A stretch of DNA of 22,364 nt, taken from NCBI RefSeq assembly GCF_006345805.1, contig NW_021836923.1, positions 1 through 22,364 on the forward strand, given 5' to 3'. The position numbers and the translations under genes were made by a program. Of this stretch, positions 18,965 through 22,364 are shown one piece after another (the first letter of the stretch is position 1; the number at the start of each line of letters is the position of its first letter). The DNA is from Octopus sinensis. Lineage: Eukaryota. Below the pieces are notes generated by a model. It was given only the letters and a program-made list of their open reading frames with translations, made no database searches and was not told where the DNA came from.

Positions 18965-19145
18965 TGTGTTATCAATGAACAGAAAACACGGTCTGATGAT
19001 GTGCCAAGACCCGAAATATTTTCATTAGATATCCTCACTATCTTTATCTCAATTTCAATAAAAATCATTACATAAGGGTTACTAAACCACGCAAACACCC
19101 AGAACAAAAACTGCAGTGGCTACGATGCTATGGCAAAATAATGAA

Positions 19146-19555
19146 TACTCTTTTACTCTTTTACTTGTTTCAGTCATGTGACTGTGGCCATGCTGGAGCA
19201 CCGCCTTTAGTCGAGCAAATCGACCCCAATTCTTTGTAAGCCTAGTACTTATTCTATCGGTCTCTTTTGCCGAATCGCTAAGTTACGGAGACGTTAAACA
19301 CACCAGCATCGGTTGTCAGGCGATGTTGGGGGGGGGGACAAACACAGACACACAAACATCTACACACATGTATACATGTATACATATATACGACGGGCTT
19401 CTTTCTGTTTCCGACTACCATATCCACTCACAAGGCGTTTGGTTGGCCCGAGGCTATAGTAGAAGACACTTGCCCAAGGTTGCACGCAGTGGGACTGAAC
19501 CCGGAACAGTGTGGTTCGTAAGCAAGCTATTTACCACACAGCCACTCCTACGCCT
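19146..19555 (-). mobile_element. SINE family B, full length
   Basis: Complete head-to-tail match to 4902-5369. Confidence 0.93.
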
Positions 19556-19597
19556 ATATTAACTTTTTGCGGCTTGCTTTATCTTTATTATCATAGA

Positions 19598-19680
19598 TCT
19601 TTTACTTGTTTCAGTTATTGGACTGCGGCCATGCTGGGGCACCATCTTGAAGGGTTTTAGTCGAACAAATTGACCGCAGT
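19598..19680 (-). mobile_element. SINE family B, tail fragment
   Basis: TCTTTTACTTGTTTCAGTTATTGGACTGCGGCCATGCTGG. Confidence 0.75.
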
Positions 19681-19704
19681 TTATCTCGTTTCTCTCTCTC
19701 TCTC

Positions 19705-19749
<45 letters not shown>

Positions 19750-20173
19750 CTCTCTCTTTCTGCTGTGTCTGTATTCATGACCCTGTTAACTCATATGTAT
19801 GAATATGCATGAGTGTGTGTGAATGTGTGTGCATGTGTGTGTGTTGGAGCGTGTTTGAGTATGCATGTGGGTGTGTAATTGTGTAGTGTGTTAATGTGTG
19901 TAAATGTGTGTAAGTGTGTATCCGTGTGATCGTGTGTAAAATATGTGTGTGTGATTTACTTGTTCCTGTTTGTTCCTTGAACAGAGAAAAAGAATAAAAT
20001 AAGAAAAATAAAGAACAAAATATAAGGAAAACAGAATTTTTCTACCATCACCATCACTATCAACATCAGCATCACCATCGCCATCAACGCCGCCACACAA
20101 CTCAGTCGCAGGGCTTCCCTACCACATAATAAGCCGTTAACTTGATGCCTCTTCTAATTTCATAAGCCTGACC

Positions 20174-20235
<62 letters not shown>

Positions 20236-20469
20236 TACACACACGTCCCACAAAGATCTCAAACCGCTCAGCCACTCAATGCTCACCCGCCTCAGAACCC
20301 CAACTCACCCAATCATCGCTACCAAACGTGACCCGTGAGCTACCAAACCGCTCCTCTGCCCTCATCTTCCAAAGGCCAACCAACTCTCTTTCTTACTACC
20401 ATTATTATAACTCATCACCAAACACCACCGCATTAACAATCAAATCACTCCACCCACAAAGCAAGCCTC

Positions 20470-21421
20470 ACCACCGCCACTACCACCACACAACCACCAT
20501 CATCATCATCATCACCACAACCACCACAACCACTACCACCATAACCATTACTACCACCACCACCACAACCAAAACCACTACCACCACAACCACTACCCCC
20601 ACCACCACCACCACCACAACCAGCACTACAACCACTACCACCACCACAACCGTCACCACTACCACCATCACCACTTCAACCACCACCACCACAAATACTA
20701 CCACCATAACCACTACCACCACCACCAAAACCACTACAACCACCACCACAACCACCACCACCACAACCAGCACTACAACCACTAACACCACCACAACCGC
20801 CACCACTACCACCATCACCACTTCAACCACCACCACCACAAATACTACCACCATAACCACTACAACTACCACCACAACCATCACTTTCACTACCATCACC
20901 ACCACCACCAACACAATCAACATCACGCGTCCACCACTACCACCACCACCACAACCACTACTACCACAATCAGCACTACAACCACTACCACCACCACAAC
21001 CACCACCACTACCACCATCACCACTTCCACTACCACCATCACCACTTCAACCACCACAACCACTACCACCATAACCACAACAGTCACTACAACTACCACC
21101 ATCATCACCACAACCACCACCATCATCACTTTCACTACCATCACCGCAAACACCAAGACAATCAACAGCAGCATCACCACCACCTCCACCACAACCACTT
21201 CTACCATCATCATCACCACAACCACTACCACCACCACAACAACCACCACTACCACCATCACAACAACCACAACCACTTCTACCATCATCATCACCACAAC
21301 CACTACCACCATCACCACTTCAACCACTACTATTATAACCACTACAACCACTACAAAAACCACCACCATCATCACCACTACCACTACCACTACCAACCAC
21401 TACCACCACCGCCACTACCAC
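20470..21421. repeat. (ACC/ACA/ACT) low-complexity tract with higher-order internal repeats
   Basis: Directly visible. The block ending ...CACAAATACTACCACCATAACCACTAC recurs 147 bp apart (20691 and 20838). Confidence 0.92.
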
Positions 21422-21681
21422 CAAAGACGCCTCTCCACCCGGCTAGGGTTTGTTCCCTTGCGACAATGTTCGCAGCACTTCGCCTTCGAGCTTCCACCCA
21501 CCTACATACACGCAAACACACACCCGCACCCGTGTCCGACCGCGCCTACCCCCTTCAGTTCTCTTCCCTCCCACCGCCCCGCACTCCCCCCCCCAGCCAA
21601 CACCCTCCTCTTTCTCCACCTCCGTGTCACTGGGAACATCGTGAAATACAATAAATCAACGTGACCCATCTCCACACTGTA

Positions 21682-21718
<37 letters not shown>

Positions 21719-22122
21719 AACACGTGCATACGCACACGCGCATACGCATACACGCATGCGCACACGCACGTACGCACGCATACGCACCGCATAACACAAC
21801 AATCCAGACCACCACCATCTTCTTTCTCCTCCTTCCGCTCTTCATCTCACACTATCAACATCGCCAACACCACCACCTTTGTCCCCGTCACCATCATCAT
21901 TAACACCATCACCAACACTACCACCACCACCACCACCACTGCCACCGCCATCACCACTACCATCACCACCGCCGCCGCTGCACTACAGGTCACCACCACA
22001 TCATTAAACAACAACTCGGGATCGTCTACATCTGCGATTCTCAACTAGGGTCCATATGACACTTAGGGGCCGTTATGACCCTTAAGGGTCCATATAAGTT
22101 TACGTGAAAAAGATTGGATATA

Positions 22123-22284
22123 GGCTGTGTGGTAAGTAGCTTGCTTACTAACCACATGGTTCCGGGTTCAGTCCCACTGCGTGGCACCTTGGGCAAGTGT
22201 CTTCTACTATAGCCTCGGGATGACCAAAGCTTTGTGAGTGGTTTTGGTAGACGGAAACTAAAAGAAGCCCATCATGTGTGTGTA

Positions 22285-22316
<32 letters not shown>

Positions 22317-22364
22317 TGTGTGTGAATCTTTGTGTCTGTGTTTGTTCCCCCGCCACCGCTTGAC
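22123..22364 (+). mobile_element. SINE family B, truncated by the window end
   Basis: GGCTGTGTGGTAAGTAGCTTGC...GGTTCAGTCCCACTGCGTGGCACCTTGGGCAAGTG, followed by (TG)n. Confidence 0.92.

Noticed and set aside
18993-19040. CTGATGA...GAAA...ATC hammerhead-like spacing
   Set aside because: A plausible helix III exists, but helix II closing and helix I pairing fail. It lies within the transposon relic.

Overview
Repeat-saturated, AT-rich, non-coding animal DNA, most likely intronic or intergenic sequence from an octopus or other coleoid cephalopod (inferred from recalled SINE families and extreme microsatellite density). I find no credible intact protein-coding gene: the ORF track is almost entirely microsatellite or SINE artefact. 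The window holds about 25 tRNA-derived SINE copies or fragments from three main families, decayed hAT and Chapaev-like transposase remnants, a Tigger/pogo-type MITE, and several (TA)n-bounded Penelope-like (PLE) fragments. The standout is a young 363-bp head-to-tail tandem element at 10268-11318 carrying three minimal type I hammerhead-ribozyme motifs and an inverted terminal segment. It looks like a retrozyme or PLE pseudo-LTR array and sits inside a SINE's (TA)n tract. A second, degenerate hammerhead-like family (3 copies, covarying helix II) and evidence that one SINE inserts at GGT(A/T)TT sites, including one in its own head, are also visible.
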